Shown: piece after piece, positions 40,487-53,240 of the stretch
Numbering within the stretch: the first letter of the stretch is position 1
Layout of the letters: each line of letters begins with the position of its first letter
NCBI GenBank assembly: GCA_951406725.2
Contig: OX597814.1
Location: 105,462,001-105,526,000 of the forward strand
DNA from: Octopus vulgaris
Taxonomy: Eukaryota
DNA length: 64,000 nucleotides
Direction: 5' to 3'
Made by a program: the position numbers and the translations under genes
The notes under the pieces: model-generated
Databases searched by the model: none
What the model was told of the DNA's origin: nothing
The model's input: the letters and a program-made list of their open reading frames with translations, nothing else

Positions 40487-42067
40487 TTACAAATAATATA
40501 AATATATACACACACACACAGGCATATATTATATGCATTTATATATTTATATATACTGTACATGTATGGTGTATTAACACACGCACACCCACAGACAGAC
40601 AGACACACAGATGCACACACACGCACAAACGCACGCACACACACGCACACGCGCACACACACACATTCCTATCTATGTCAGTGTTTATCTAACCATCTCT
40701 GTATTTCATCTTTGCTATACTGTGTATTAGTTATATATATACGGCACATTGTATGCGTGTGGTTGTGTGTATATATGCGTGTGTGTACGTGTATGTGTCA
40801 AAGTTATAGTCGATGGTCGATTATATCGAAACTTTTTTTTTTTGTTTCTCTTTGAAAAATCTTCAAAATTCAATGATTTTCTCATGTTTTAAATTTTTTT
40901 CTATGAACTTTCTTCAAAACAATTTTTACGACTATTTCTTCAAACAAAGAAGCCTTTCTTACGCACTTCAAGCTCCACTGGGTTTGCAGTCGTGTTCATT
41001 TACACACCCGTCACAAATCACTGTGCTATAGACATTTTGAAATCAGGCACTGGCTCCAGTCACACAGTAAAATGGTTCGGGGATCTATGAGGAAGCTGGA
41101 TTAATGGAATCTGTTGAGAGTGGAAAAAAATGCCGAGCAGTACTTCTTCCGGTTCTTCTGTATCCTGAGTTCTAATCCAGATGAAGTTACCATGACCGTT
41201 TAACGCTCTGGGATCATTAAAATAAAACCTGAGAGCGATGGAATCGTTTAGCCCCATCTCCTGCAAATTGCAGTCCTTATTCTTAAATTGGGAAACAATT
41301 ATTAGATAGAGAAACAATTTTTCTTGTTGTTGTTGTTGCTGCTGTTGCTGCTGCTGCTGTTGTTGTTGTTATAAAATCACAAGCCAACAAGCCACAGAAC
41401 ATTTCTAAGTCAACACGAATTTCTATGTAAATATAAAAGTTGCAAACTTCGTGACTGGAACTGTCACACAGAAGAGACAAGTACAACACAATCTCTCGTT
41501 GGTACACCGATCATTCACAACAAGGATCAGCTTCAATACATTATAATACAGAAGATGAAATTCAATTACATGAAATAAAACTAGTTTCACAAAAAATTAT
41601 AGTTTCCACAGAATAAAAAAAAAATAACAAACCAAACTATAAATAATCACGAATAGTTAAATACGGACCAAAATTCAACTCACAGACATGTCACGTGTAA
41701 AGTAAACAATGAAATCTAGCAGCATTTATATGTAAAAGAAATTCATATCCGGCGTTGACGATTGGATCTGTTTGCAACGCTCTTTCCATGATCCTTTGTG
41801 ACCTACTGCGAAGCTCGCAAACAATATTCCATTATTGGTATTATTTCATTCTGGTGGTGAGATCGGGAGGTCTTGAAGTGTTAATAGAGTGGTGGATTTA
41901 GCAACGATATTCTTCCACTCTATATACAAAGGATCAATACCAAAATATTAAAAAAAAAAATGGTCTTTGATAACAAGATTAAACTAGAGGAAAGCCGTGT
42001 TTTTAATATATTTATGTGAAGATCGCGATCGTGTATGTATGAATGTATAGATGTATGTATATATGGG

Positions 42068-42103
<36 letters not shown>

Positions 42104-42157
42104 TGGGGGGCGCATATATTCTGTATTATGTGATTTTATAAAATTTATTATATATTT

Positions 42158-42237
<80 letters not shown>

Positions 42238-42352
42238 CGTTTATATGTATATCTACATATACATATACACAAACATATTTTCTGTAAGTGCGTGTATGTA
42301 TATGCGTGTATATGTGGGTGTGTGTGTGTGTGCATGTATAAATATATATATA

Positions 42353-42390
<38 letters not shown>

Positions 42391-42828
42391 TGTGTGTGTG
42401 TGAGTGTGTGTGTATGTATGTATTACATATACACACATCCCAGTCTGTTAAATTCATTACCAAGATCTGCAAAATGTTATTACTTTTTTTTCTTTTGCTG
42501 TGGTTCCACGTTCTTCGGATTATCCAAAAGTCTTCGTAAACATCGCATTAATAATAGATTTAGTTCAATCATGTCTCCCTGCTTGAACAATGTCTCGATC
42601 AAAGACCGAACCAGTTCCGTCTATCTTGCATGTTTGGCCCCCGTCTGCCTGCGTGGCGACGGCGGCGCTGGTGATGGTGGTGGAATGGTGGGGGGTGTCT
42701 CTCGAGTGATTATTCTCTTGATTAGGGTCTATAATGTGTGATGAAGCTAAAGGTCAGTGGAAAAGGTCAGAGAGAGGCAGGACAGGCTATAATTGACCGC
42801 CTCAATCATATGAAACAACCATTGTCCA

Positions 42829-42866
<38 letters not shown>

Positions 42867-43543
42867 CTTATCTAACAAACAATTATGTCGTTTATATATA
42901 CATTTTTATATTATTATCTATATATATTTTATCGTATGTATATACGTTTATGTTGATATCTAACTTCTTGTATTTCTCTATTGACTTCATCATCTTTTAT
43001 TCACAACCCTCTCCTCTCCCCTCCAAGAACTCTTTCTCTTCTCCCACGTTTCCTTTATTTGCTTTTCTTCATTCTGCGATATTCTGCCATTCTCACTCTT
43101 CCAAGTTCCATTCGTGTCGTAATCGCCGTGAACTGCCCAAGAATATGACGACGGCCGCTGTTCTTTGCTTTCGGCTTTCTCAGAAGAAATAAATAAATGA
43201 ATAGATAAATAAACATTGGGCAGCACACAGTTCGGCAAAACACGTTTCTCTGCCTCACCTGCCACTACTAACCAACATTTGACCCTCCATCACTACTGCC
43301 CCCCCACCTATTACCACAACCACCACCACCACCACCGCCGCTGCCGACGCCACCATTGTCCTTTGTAAGATCGAAACAAGTAGCATCATTACATCTCTTT
43401 CTTAAAATCATCACAGCAACATTACGAATCATAACAGGTCTAACCGTTGTACATTCCTTGCGACGTAACCATCGAACCATTGTCAATATTATTGTTATCA
43501 GGATCATCATCATCACCACCATCATCACCATCAGCATCAACAG

Positions 43544-43582
<39 letters not shown>

Positions 43583-43933
43583 CATTGTTATTATTATTAT
43601 TGATGTTTGTCAGGGCCGAATCATGCCAAAAATGTCGGCTGCAGAGAGGGAGGCTAACCAGCGGGCTAAACGTGTCGTGCGAGAGACACTTTCGCGCGAG
43701 TGAATGCCCGACACCTCTTAATTTCCTGTTTGTTTATGAAAGTCGCCTTTTTTTTCCTTTTTTGTCCTCTTAAATTTGCCGTGATGACAAGAGTTAGAAG
43801 AGATGGTGGGTGGTGGTGGATAACGGAAAGAAAACGAAAAGGAAAGAAGAGATAAATGAAAGGAAAAAGATGAAGAAGGGAAAAGAGGAAGGAAAATGCC
43901 TTATAATGAAGACAATTCTACATTACTGCATGC

Positions 43934-43992
<59 letters not shown>

Positions 43993-44469
43993 GCAACAAC
44001 AATAATAAAAACAACAACAATAACAACAAGAAAATGAACAATAATAACAAAAAGGAATTATAGTAAATCTCACAATAATGATGGGTATAAGAATAAGTAC
44101 GATATGATGATGATGATGATGATGATGATGGGGGGAGGAGGAGGATAAGGGGGAATAGGTGGAGGAGGAGGAGGAAGTAGAGGAGGCTGTTGACGACAAA
44201 GTTTGCGGCGGCGGCGGCGGTCGGGACAGTGATGACGAGGAAGAAAATAATTATGGTTGATGATGTGATGATGAAGACGAAATCAATGCCAGCGTCGGCG
44301 TCGGTTCTAGGCTGACGATGATGACAACGTCAAACAATAACAAACGCAGCAACTGCAGCAGCAGCAGCAACAACAACAACAACTAGAATAAAGCACTGAC
44401 AATCGAAGGCAATGGAAAATATCACGTAAATAATAACTACTGCTACAACAACGGCGGCGGCGCCGGCGG

Positions 44470-44880
44470 TTGCGATGACGCCGGTGGTGATGACGGCGGT
44501 GGTGATGACGGCGGTGGTGATGACCGCGTTGGTGATGACGGCGGTAGTGATGACGGCGGTGGTGATGACCGCGGTGGTGATGACGGCGGTGGTGATGACG
44601 GCGGTGGTGATGACGGCGGTGGTGATGACGGCGGTGGTGATGACGGCGGCGGTGATGACGGCAGTGGTGATGTCGGAGGTGGTGATGACGGCGGTGGTGA
44701 TGACGGCGGTGGTGATGACGGCGGTGGTGATGACGGCGGCGGTGATGACGGCCATGGTGATGACGACGGCGGTGGTGATGACGGCGGTTGCGATGATGGC
44801 GGCGGTGATGACGGCGACGGTGATGACGGCGGTGGTGATGACGGGGCCGGTGATGACGGCGGCGGCGACGTTGGCGACGA
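44470..44880. repeat. GC-rich 15 bp minisatellite (GGTGGTGATGACGGC)n
   Basis: Visible directly; produces the VMTAV/SSPPP/ITTAV repeat ORFs. Confidence 0.95.
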
Positions 44881-45094
44881 CAATGACGACGACACCAACA
44901 GCAACTACGGTAAACGGTTAACGTGAAAACATGAGGTATTTTAAGTTCTCAGCCAGGGTCCATATAACCGTCGAGGGTCCCCGAAAGATTTTGCTGTGAA
45001 GACTTATGTGCAATAAACTGGTTAAACTTCTACGATACACAAAAATATTTAAGCGTTCTTTTTAAAAATACAATCCCTTATAATATTTATGTGG

Positions 45095-45311
45095 GTTTCT
45101 TTAAAACTAAACTCGATCTCTTCTCGTCAGGGATTCCAGATGAACTTACCTCACGGCAGGAAACACAGCGGGCAGCGGCGTCGAACTCCCTTGTCGACCA
45201 AGTGTCACGTATCAGAGGTGGATTCACATACTAGTGTAGCAAAGTCAACGGTGGTGCCCCAGCATGGCCGCAGCCTTCGGGCTGAAACATTTTTAAGGAT
45301 TTAAGGATTTA
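45095..45311 (+). mobile_element. CR1-group LINE 3' end
   Basis: KLDLFSSGIPDELTSRQETQRAAASNSLVDQ, tail hairpin CAGCC-TTCG-GGCTG, terminal 8-mer repeat (TTTAAGGA)n. Confidence 0.75.
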
Positions 45312-45598
45312 ATCGTAAAATATGATAGGGACTTTTAGACACCGAATGGCTATAAGGGTCCACTCGAATAGACTAGAAATCAAAGGGGCTTGAGAGACAG
45401 TAAAGAAATATAAATAAAGACCCGAAATGGTAAAGAAAGAAAGAAATGATTCGTGGTTCACGTTTTGCCGTTTCTATGAATGAAATTGATGCCAAGAGGC
45501 AGAGAGATGAGGCAAGTAGTGGATGCTTGGTTCGAGTGGTCAAGTGAAGCAACAAGACTTGTCTAGATCGGATAGAAATGGAAATAAAGCTGGAATGG

Positions 45599-46325
45599 CC
45601 GCATTTGATAGCCACTAAGACGCACGAGTGCATTGGACGCACCCTAGCCTGGGCTTTACTTTGGTAAAATAAATTACTCTTTTACTTGTTTCAGTCATTT
45701 GACTGTGGCCATGCTGGAGCACTGCCCTTGGTCGGGCAAATCGACCCCAGTACTTATTCTTTGTAAGCCTAATACTTTTTCTATCGGTCTCTTTTGCTGA
45801 ACCGCTAAGTTACGGCGACGTTAACATACCAGCATCGGTTGTCAAGCGATGTTGGGGGGACAAACACAGACACACAATCATATACACACACATATATATA
45901 CATATATACAACGGGCTTCTTTCAGTTTCCGTCTACCAAATCCACTCACGAGACTTTGGTCGACCCGAGGCTATAGTAGAAGACACTTGCCCAAGGTGCC
46001 ACGCAGGAGGACTGAACCCGGAACCATGTGGTTGGTAAACAAGCTACTTACCACACAGCCACTCCTACGCTTATACCACTAAAATACTGTTTTAATTCCT
46101 CCACTTACCTGTATAACTTTATTTTATTACCGGTAATTACAAGCAAGTTATTACATTCCCATTCGATATAAACATACTGTAGGCGATTGTTCACCAACAG
46201 ATGGCAGCACATGTTTTGTAAATAGATATACCGTTTTGAGCCTACATTGAGTGCATTGGACGAGGGCGACTTTTAAAGCCATTTTGGGGGTAAAAAAAGT
46301 GCGTTTTATTGGCCATCAAATACGG
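45599..46325. mobile_element. Tc1/mariner-superfamily MITE interrupted by a SINE
   Basis: Imperfect TIRs CCGCATTTGATAGCCACTAAGACGCAC / GTGCGTTTTATTGGCCATCAAATACGG-TA. Confidence 0.65.
45672..46075 (-). mobile_element. Near-complete family A SINE
   Basis: Tail, microsatellite, CORE and head all present. Confidence 0.88.
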
Positions 46326-46742
46326 TAATTGAAACACAATCAGGAGGAAACTGGATTAATTAATATGGTAAATGAATGGAATATAGAATTCAGAGAAAGA
46401 GAGAGAGAAGGAGGGAAAAAAGAAGTGAGAGGGAAGGCGAGAGAGAAGAAGTGAGAAGGAAGGAGAGAGAGGAGAGATAAACATTTTCGATTTTGTCTTT
46501 GACTTGGAAGATTCTCGCTGTGAATTCGTATGTTGAAACAAATCTTGTTAGCCATTACGCCAATTATAATAATAACACACGCACAGGTTCAACACCACTT
46601 CTTTATTATTAGTTAAATTGCTCGATATCAGCTAACTAATTGTTTGTTTAATGAACTGGTTAAACAAGCAATCGGTTGTTTGTTGGTCGAAGTTCTTTCG
46701 TCGTTGTCCACGACCTTTTCAATGACTTATTAACTCCCCTCC

Positions 46743-46773
<31 letters not shown>

Positions 46774-47116
46774 CCTCTCTCTCCAAAGTTATCAGCGCAT
46801 TAAACAAACGATCGATTAGTTGGTTAGAAACTTAACCAATTGACTAACAATAAAGATGTGGAATTGAACCAGTGCGTCTGCTATTATTATTGGCGTAATG
46901 ACCCACCCAAGACAATAAAACAACGTATATTGATAATGATATAGACATAGAGGCTGAGAGAGAAAGAGAGAGAGAGTGAGAGACATACAGAAAGACAAAC
47001 GGGCAAACAGGGGCTGAGAAAGAAAGAGATGTACAAAGAAAGACAGGGGAGAGGAAGGAAAAAGAAGGGAGAGGAGAAGGGGAGAGAAAGAGAGGTAGTG
47101 AGTGAAAGACGGAGAA

Positions 47117-47168
<52 letters not shown>

Positions 47169-47426
47169 GCCCATGGGTGGGTATTTGAAGTTCGAATATA
47201 ACCATCCCTAATTGAATACCACAAACTATGGCAATGTCATACTTTGTTTCTCCCAGTCGGAGACCGTCGTAGAATAAACACCGAGGCAGTGGTCTTCTTT
47301 TCATTCCATATTTAAACAATTTCACTTCCCTTTTACCAGTAATATCTTTGGGGAAAGAATGACATGAGTTTAACTATATGTGGTTTATTTCTTCGCAAAG
47401 AATGTTTACGCCTCCTACCTCCTTAA

Positions 47427-47587
47427 CCCATTAAGTCCCAGGGTACTTAAATTTTTGAATATTACTTTTAAATTTTTACAGATGATTGAAAATAGGTTAA
47501 AATGAAAAAAAACAATAATTATTAAAAACTTCTTTACTTCAAGTAGAAATGGAAATACTCGGTGTCCTGACAGTGGGGCTTAATAGG
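47427..47587. mobile_element. piggyBac-like MITE
   Basis: TTAA|CCCATTAAGTCCC ... GGGCTTAATAGG|TTAA: imperfect TIRs and TTAA flanks. Confidence 0.6.
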
Positions 47588-47644
47588 TTAAAATGGAATC
47601 CCGGGTATCTTTATTGGCGAAAAGAATTATACTTTTTCACAAAT

Positions 47645-47860
47645 ATATTTCTTTACTACCCACAAGGTGCTAAACACAGAGGGGACAAACAAGTACAGAC
47701 AAACGGATTAAGTTGATTACATCGACTCCAGTGCGTAACTGGTACTTAAGTTATCGACTCCGAAAGGATGAAAGGCAAAGTCGACCTCGGAAATTTGAAC
47801 TCAGAACATAACGGCAGACGAAATACGGCTACGCATTTCGCTCGGCGTGCTAACGTTTCT
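47645..47860 (-). mobile_element. Family B SINE whose 5' tip (50084-50099) is displaced by a Tx1-like insertion
   Basis: Intact copies read GCTAACGTTTCT-GCCAGCTCGCCGCCTT; here the two parts are ~2.2 kb apart. Confidence 0.85.
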
Positions 47861-48118
47861 TATTTCTTTATTACCCACAAGGGGCCAACATAGACGGGGA
47901 CAATACATCATGATTTGGGGTCATGAGAAACGAATGGAGATTACATAAAAATAATCTTTAAAAATTTACACAAAATCGGAAAACAAAATCGAAGAAATCG
48001 GATTATATATAATTTTACAACACAACATAAAATGACATAGGAAGTGGGAACACCAGGATTGCCGACCCCACGAGCCCTGCTTTTCCCACTGAAACTCGGC
48101 AGCTAACTCATAGCGTGC

Positions 48119-48394
48119 TCATGTGGCCACTTTCACTCGCAGCAATCGTGCGACACGCTTCCATCTTTTTTCGAACTCACGTACTGACAGACACCTTTTC
48201 TCTAGCTCCACCTTTCTTTTTAGGTGAAACTTCAAAAAGTTCACCAAGATGGAGCCAGAGATAATGGTGCCTGTCTTTACAACTTTCGTTCTAGTCTTCC
48301 ATATACACTGCGACCTGACATCATTTAGGAAACGCCCTTGTTTCCAGTTCGATGTCAGGCCGTGCACATTTATACAGCCAACATGAACAGCCAT
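48119..48394 (-). pseudogene. ORF2 remnant: APE N-terminus fused to the ORF2 C-terminus
   Basis: MAVHVGCINVHGL (endonuclease-type NVxGL) joined near 48307 to IWKTR...FLKFHLKRK...FEKRW. Confidence 0.8.
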
Positions 48395-48401
48395 AGTCTG
48401 C

Positions 48402-49824
48402 TTACCTTGTTTCGTCTGGGTCCGGCGGACGGGGGGAACCCGTCTCTTCCGCCTCCTGGGCCCGTGGAATCGGCGTGCTGGTGTTCTTCTTTTCGACGTC
48501 TTTTTTAGCGTCTTCTTCACTCATCCTAGATGAGCACACATCCTTTCGAAAGTCATTAGTAAGTACATTGATCATTCTTTGTCCCATCAGGTAGCATTTC
48601 CATTCTCCTTTTCCTTCTTCGATGTGGTGAGTTTCCACTCTTCGCATCACTTCTCTATTCGATGTGTTTATTGCCGCGTAAACGTTATTTTCTTTTTCAG
48701 GTTTTTTTGCTTTTTTAACCTCTCTTTTCTCTCCTCCACTTTTAGTTTTCTCGGGGAGAGGTTCTTATGTTTTCACTTTGTAGCTGTTTGCGACCACCCC
48801 TCCCCTCTTCTGGTATGGGTGTTGTCGTTGTTATAGTTACCTGTGTAGTTGGTTTTAGGGTCTCTTCCTTTTTCTTCCCTTCTTACAGTTTACAATCTTT
48901 CTTAATATGGCCTTTTTTGCCGCAGTTAAAACACCTGGGCTGCCGGCCCTCAACCATTACAGCCATCCGGCAGTCGCCTATTTGTATTACCTCTCCCATC
49001 TCCTCTAGGACGGCCGGCTCTGCCTGTATCATGATCTTTACCTTTTGTCCTTGCCACTTTTTGGCGTCCTCAACAGTAGCGTCCCTGATTTCGAGTTTCT
49101 CTTCTAGTCCTGCGGCGACTGCGGCCACTATCTGTTCAGGTTCGACCTCCGGTGGTATATTCATTACCGTGATTCTTGAAACGCGTCTTCCTCTGTAGAC
49201 GGGAAGAAGAGTTATCGCCTCCGTTCTCAATGTATTCATCGATTGTTCTCTTGCTTCTTCTTCCGTTTCAAATCTAGTCTCCACGGTTCCATACCGCTTT
49301 CCTCTGGTGATAAATTTTATTTTTTCCCAGATGGGTTTTAAGCACAGTTCCACTTCCTTTTCAGATGAGAAGTCTATCTTTTTCTCTTTATTTCTATACG
49401 TTTTATAAATTATTGTTCTTTTCTCTATCCCTTCACGAGATTCCTGTGACTGCCGTATTTTTATTTCATAACCGTTTCTTGATATAGTCTTCTTTATTTC
49501 TTCCAGTTTTGATAAATTAATTTTTCTTTCTTTGGGACCTGCCGCATCGGTGAAGTTTAACATCTTCTTTGCCAAGCTTGGCACGTCTATATTTCTGCGC
49601 ACCTGCAATTTTTCTTTTTTGGTTACGCTTTTTTCCTCTTCGTCGGTATCAGAGAAAAAACCGGGTATACCCATTCTTTCTGGACTGGACATCCTGCTAA
49701 CTGGTATTCTTTCTGGACTGGACATCCTGCTAACTGGACTTTTGCTTAGGACCTGGGTTCGGTCCTCAGTTCTGTCCGCCTTCGGGCTGGCCATTATTGG
49801 CCTACCCCTCCTTAGCGACTTCAA
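48402..49824 (-). pseudogene. Tx1/L1-like ORF1 (zinc knuckle), broken after the knuckle
   Basis: VEGRQPRCFNCGKKGHIKKDC; stop at 48883; probable C-terminal part at 48402-48650 ends just before the ORF2 ATG. Confidence 0.8.
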
Positions 49825-50287
49825 TAAATGACAATCAAATAATATACTTCGAATAACAATTCAAAAAGAACTTTTTTTTTTCCCAAAAACAACAGCTGGT
49901 AATAAAATCCCGGTTATAACATAGACAATTCAATTGACAACTTCTATAAAAAGTAACGACAAGCGTTCCTTCTATAAAGCAACGGCACGCCTCGCGCGAT
50001 TTGATGCCGTTACGTCTTTTTTACAATTTTTCACTTTTTTTCCATCCTTCCGAACAAAAAACAACGTCCGACTCTAACGGCGTGCCAGCTCGCCGCCTTA
50101 CTTTTTCACAAATATGCGAGAGCGCGTGCACACAAACACACAAACACACACACACATGCACAAATTCATAAGGAACAATACGCGCACTTTATTCGCATAC
50201 AAATATTTATCATCTCAGGAAAATATCGATCCGGCTGATGTAACGCATTTTGCATGAAATAGTGACGAGAGAGAGAGAGAGAAAACC

Positions 50288-50319
<32 letters not shown>

Positions 50320-50761
50320 TTATAGGTTAAATAAAATGGCTCGATTCTGCTTCATGTCTTTAATAACGATATCGGTTTAAATGAAAAGCTATCGACGCAA
50401 TTACGTGACAAACTTGACAGATCGTAAAAATACATCCGGGCATGACTAGGGGGTGTGGATGGTGGTGGTGGTGGTGGTGGGGAATGGGAGTATTTATTTA
50501 CGGTGGCAGAACAAAACAAAATATCGAAGGGGAAGTAATGCAAATTTGACAGCCGGAGTAAGTTTTATTTCAACGAAATAATTATACAGAAGTGAAATAC
50601 TGTCAAATTAGGTGGTTGAGGCCAACTGGAGGAAAAGGTACAGGATGCAAATGTTGGGGGGTGGGGCAGGCGTTGGAATATAGAAAAACAGGAGTTGTTG
50701 AGAATTTAAATATGGAGGATTCGTGTCTATTGTGATCGATGTCAATATATTGAACTCTTAT

Positions 50762-51513
50762 AAAGCGGCGAAACGGTAGAACCTATTTCTTTACTACCCA
50801 TAAGGGGCTAAACACAGAAGGGACAAACAAGGACAGACAAACGGATTAAGTCGATTTTATCGACCCCAGTGCGTAAATGGTACTTATTTAATCGACCCCG
50901 AAAGGATGAAAGGCAATGTCGACCTCGGCGGAAATTGAACTCAGAACATAAAGACAGACAAAATACCTATTTCTTTACTACCCACAAAGGGTTAAACACA
51001 GAGAGGACAAACAAGGACAGACAAACGGATTAAGTCGATATAATCGACCCTAGTGTGTAACTGGTACTTATTTAATCGACCCCGAAAGGATGAAAGGCAA
51101 AGTCGACCTCGGCGGAAATTGAACTCAGAACGTAACGGCAGACGAAATACCGCTCAGCATTTCGCCCGGCGTGCTAACGTTTGCCGAATAGAATGCTTAG
51201 CGGCATTTCGTCTGTCTTTGTGTTTTGAGTTCATATTCCACCGAGGTTGATTTTGCCTTTCATCCGTTCGGGAGTCGATGAAATAAGTACGAATTGATCA
51301 CTGGAGTGAGGGGGGATCGATGTAATCGACTTACCCCCTCCCCCGTAATTGCTGGCCTTGTGCCAAAGTTTGAAACCAATATTGTTATTGTTGTTGAGCT
51401 GGCAGAATCGTTGGCACGCCGGACAAAATGTTTAGTGGCATATCGTCCGTCTTCACGTCATGTGTTCAAATTCGACAGAAGTCGACTCTACCTGTTATGT
51501 TTTCGGGATCGAT
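50762..51513. mobile_element. Family B SINE cluster: minus-strand dimer (50783-51180) apparently nested in the head of a plus-strand copy, plus one more copy
   Basis: Plus-strand head remnant at 50762-50782 resumes at ~51181; dimer junction GACAAAATAC|CTATTTCTTTAC. Confidence 0.75.
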
Positions 51514-51526
51514 AATAATAATAATG

Positions 51527-51590
<64 letters not shown>

Positions 51591-51727
51591 GCAAATCTGT
51601 GATATTGAGCAGAATATTTGCTGTAGCCCATCTTTTATACCAAGACAAAACAATGTACATGATAACACTTCCAGTCAATTAAGATCAGAAGCTATGAGAG
51701 TCACTGTCTGGTACTGCATCAGGACAT
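51591..51727 (-). repeat. (TAA)n-associated interspersed repeat, partial
   Basis: Overlaps the start of 53241-53700 in reverse; its end CACTGTCTGGTACTGCATCAGG also occurs at window positions 2-23. Confidence 0.7.
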
Positions 51728-51734
51728 ATATTAA

Positions 51735-52113
51735 TAAACAAAGATAATAGATGTTGTAATACCAGGCGATTAGAGGGGGAAATATAAGGAAAGAGAAAAG
51801 ATTGAGAAATACCAGCCATTGCGGGACGAGATAGGGAAGTTATGGGGCATGAGGAAAGTAATGGTGATACAGGTGGTAATTGGAGCGTTGGGAGCAGTTT
51901 CTAAGGGCTTTGGAAAACATATTAAGAATATTGGAGCTACTGTCAGACTCGAGGTGATCCAGAAGACAGGATTGTTGGGTACAGCTCGCATTCTAAGGAA
52001 AGTATTGTCTTTTTGAGTTAGAGGAGAGGGAACCACTTGAAACCTTTGGTGATTTGTTATTACCTGCTTTTAAGTAAACAATAACCGGTAATTAAGAACT
52101 ATTCGAGAGTCTC
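51735..52113 (+). mobile_element. 3' end of a second R4/Dong-like LINE family
   Basis: KEREKIEKYQPLRDEI.KLW...VVIGALG...IQKTGLLGTARILRKVL*, short UTR, then (TAA)n. Confidence 0.85.
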
Positions 52114-52146
<33 letters not shown>

Positions 52147-52160
52147 TTTTTAAAAAAAAA

Positions 52161-53077
52161 ATGAAATCCAAACTAAAAATAGAACAGCAACGAACCATGA
52201 TAAAACGATGGCAAGAAAAGCCCCTTCATGGTAAATACTGGACTAAACTAAACGCAAAAGAAATAGACAAAGAAAAATCCCAGCAATGGTTGAGAAGCTC
52301 AGGACTCAAAGCAGAAACAGAGGGATTTTTAATTGCAGCACAAGACCAAAGCCTCCCCACCAGAAATTACCAAAAACATGTAATGAAAAGAAATATTACA
52401 AGTAACTGCAGAATATGTGGAGATGGACAAGAAACAATAAATCATATTATCTCTAGCTGCCCAGTCCTGGCTAAGAAGGAATATATTCACAGACATGACA
52501 GAGTTGGAACTTACATACATTGGAAGCTATGCCAACATTATGGAATAACAACAGAAAAAAGATGGTATAGGCACACACCAGAAAAGGTCACAGAAAACGA
52601 GAAAGCAACCATACTCTGGGATATGCCGATACACACAGATAGAGAAATTAAGGCCAACAGACCAGATATAGTTGTCAGAGACCATGAAGAAAAAAATGCT
52701 TTCTAATTGATGTATCAGTACCGGCAGATGACAACGTGTCTCTAAAAGAAATGGAGAAACTCTCAAAATACAAAGACCTGGAAATAGAGGTAACTAGAAT
52801 GTGGAATCTGAAAACAGAAACAATTCCTATCATAGTAGGTGCATTAGGCATGATAAAAAAATATTCAGACAAATACATAAAAACACCAGGACTTACAAAC
52901 ACATATAACATACAGAAAATTGCACTACTAGGCACTGCACACATCCTACGCAGAACACTTTCCATACAATAACCATCAGAGCATCACAACAAATCACAGC
53001 ACATACCCAAGGCACACAGAGCTGCGCTCGGTAGTGAAGTGAAAGCACGCTATAAAAATAAAAATAAAACTACTGAA
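52161..53077 (+). mobile_element. 5'-truncated R4/Dong-like RLE LINE in (TAA)n
   Basis: RWQEKPLHGKY, CCHC, RHD, RPD, KLSKYKDL, PIIVGALG; 1 nt shift in an A-run near 52695; (TAA)n on both sides. Confidence 0.93.
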
Positions 53078-53088
53078 TAATAATAATA

Positions 53089-53150
<62 letters not shown>

Positions 53151-53240
53151 TATAATAATAATAATAATAATAATAATTATAATAATAATAACAACAACAA
53201 CAACAACAATAATAATAATAATAATGATAATAATAATAAT

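Larger units (their letters stand above)
47861..50075 (-). mobile_element. Internally deleted Tx1/L1-type LINE
   Basis: 5' UTR, ORF1 with CCHC knuckle, vestigial ORF2, and 3' UTR ending GGCCCCTTGTGGGTAATAAAGAAATA. Confidence 0.85.

Noticed and set aside
44330-44921. Mucin/extensin-like or antifreeze-like repeat protein
   Set aside because: 15 bp minisatellite open in several frames on both strands, with no gene context.
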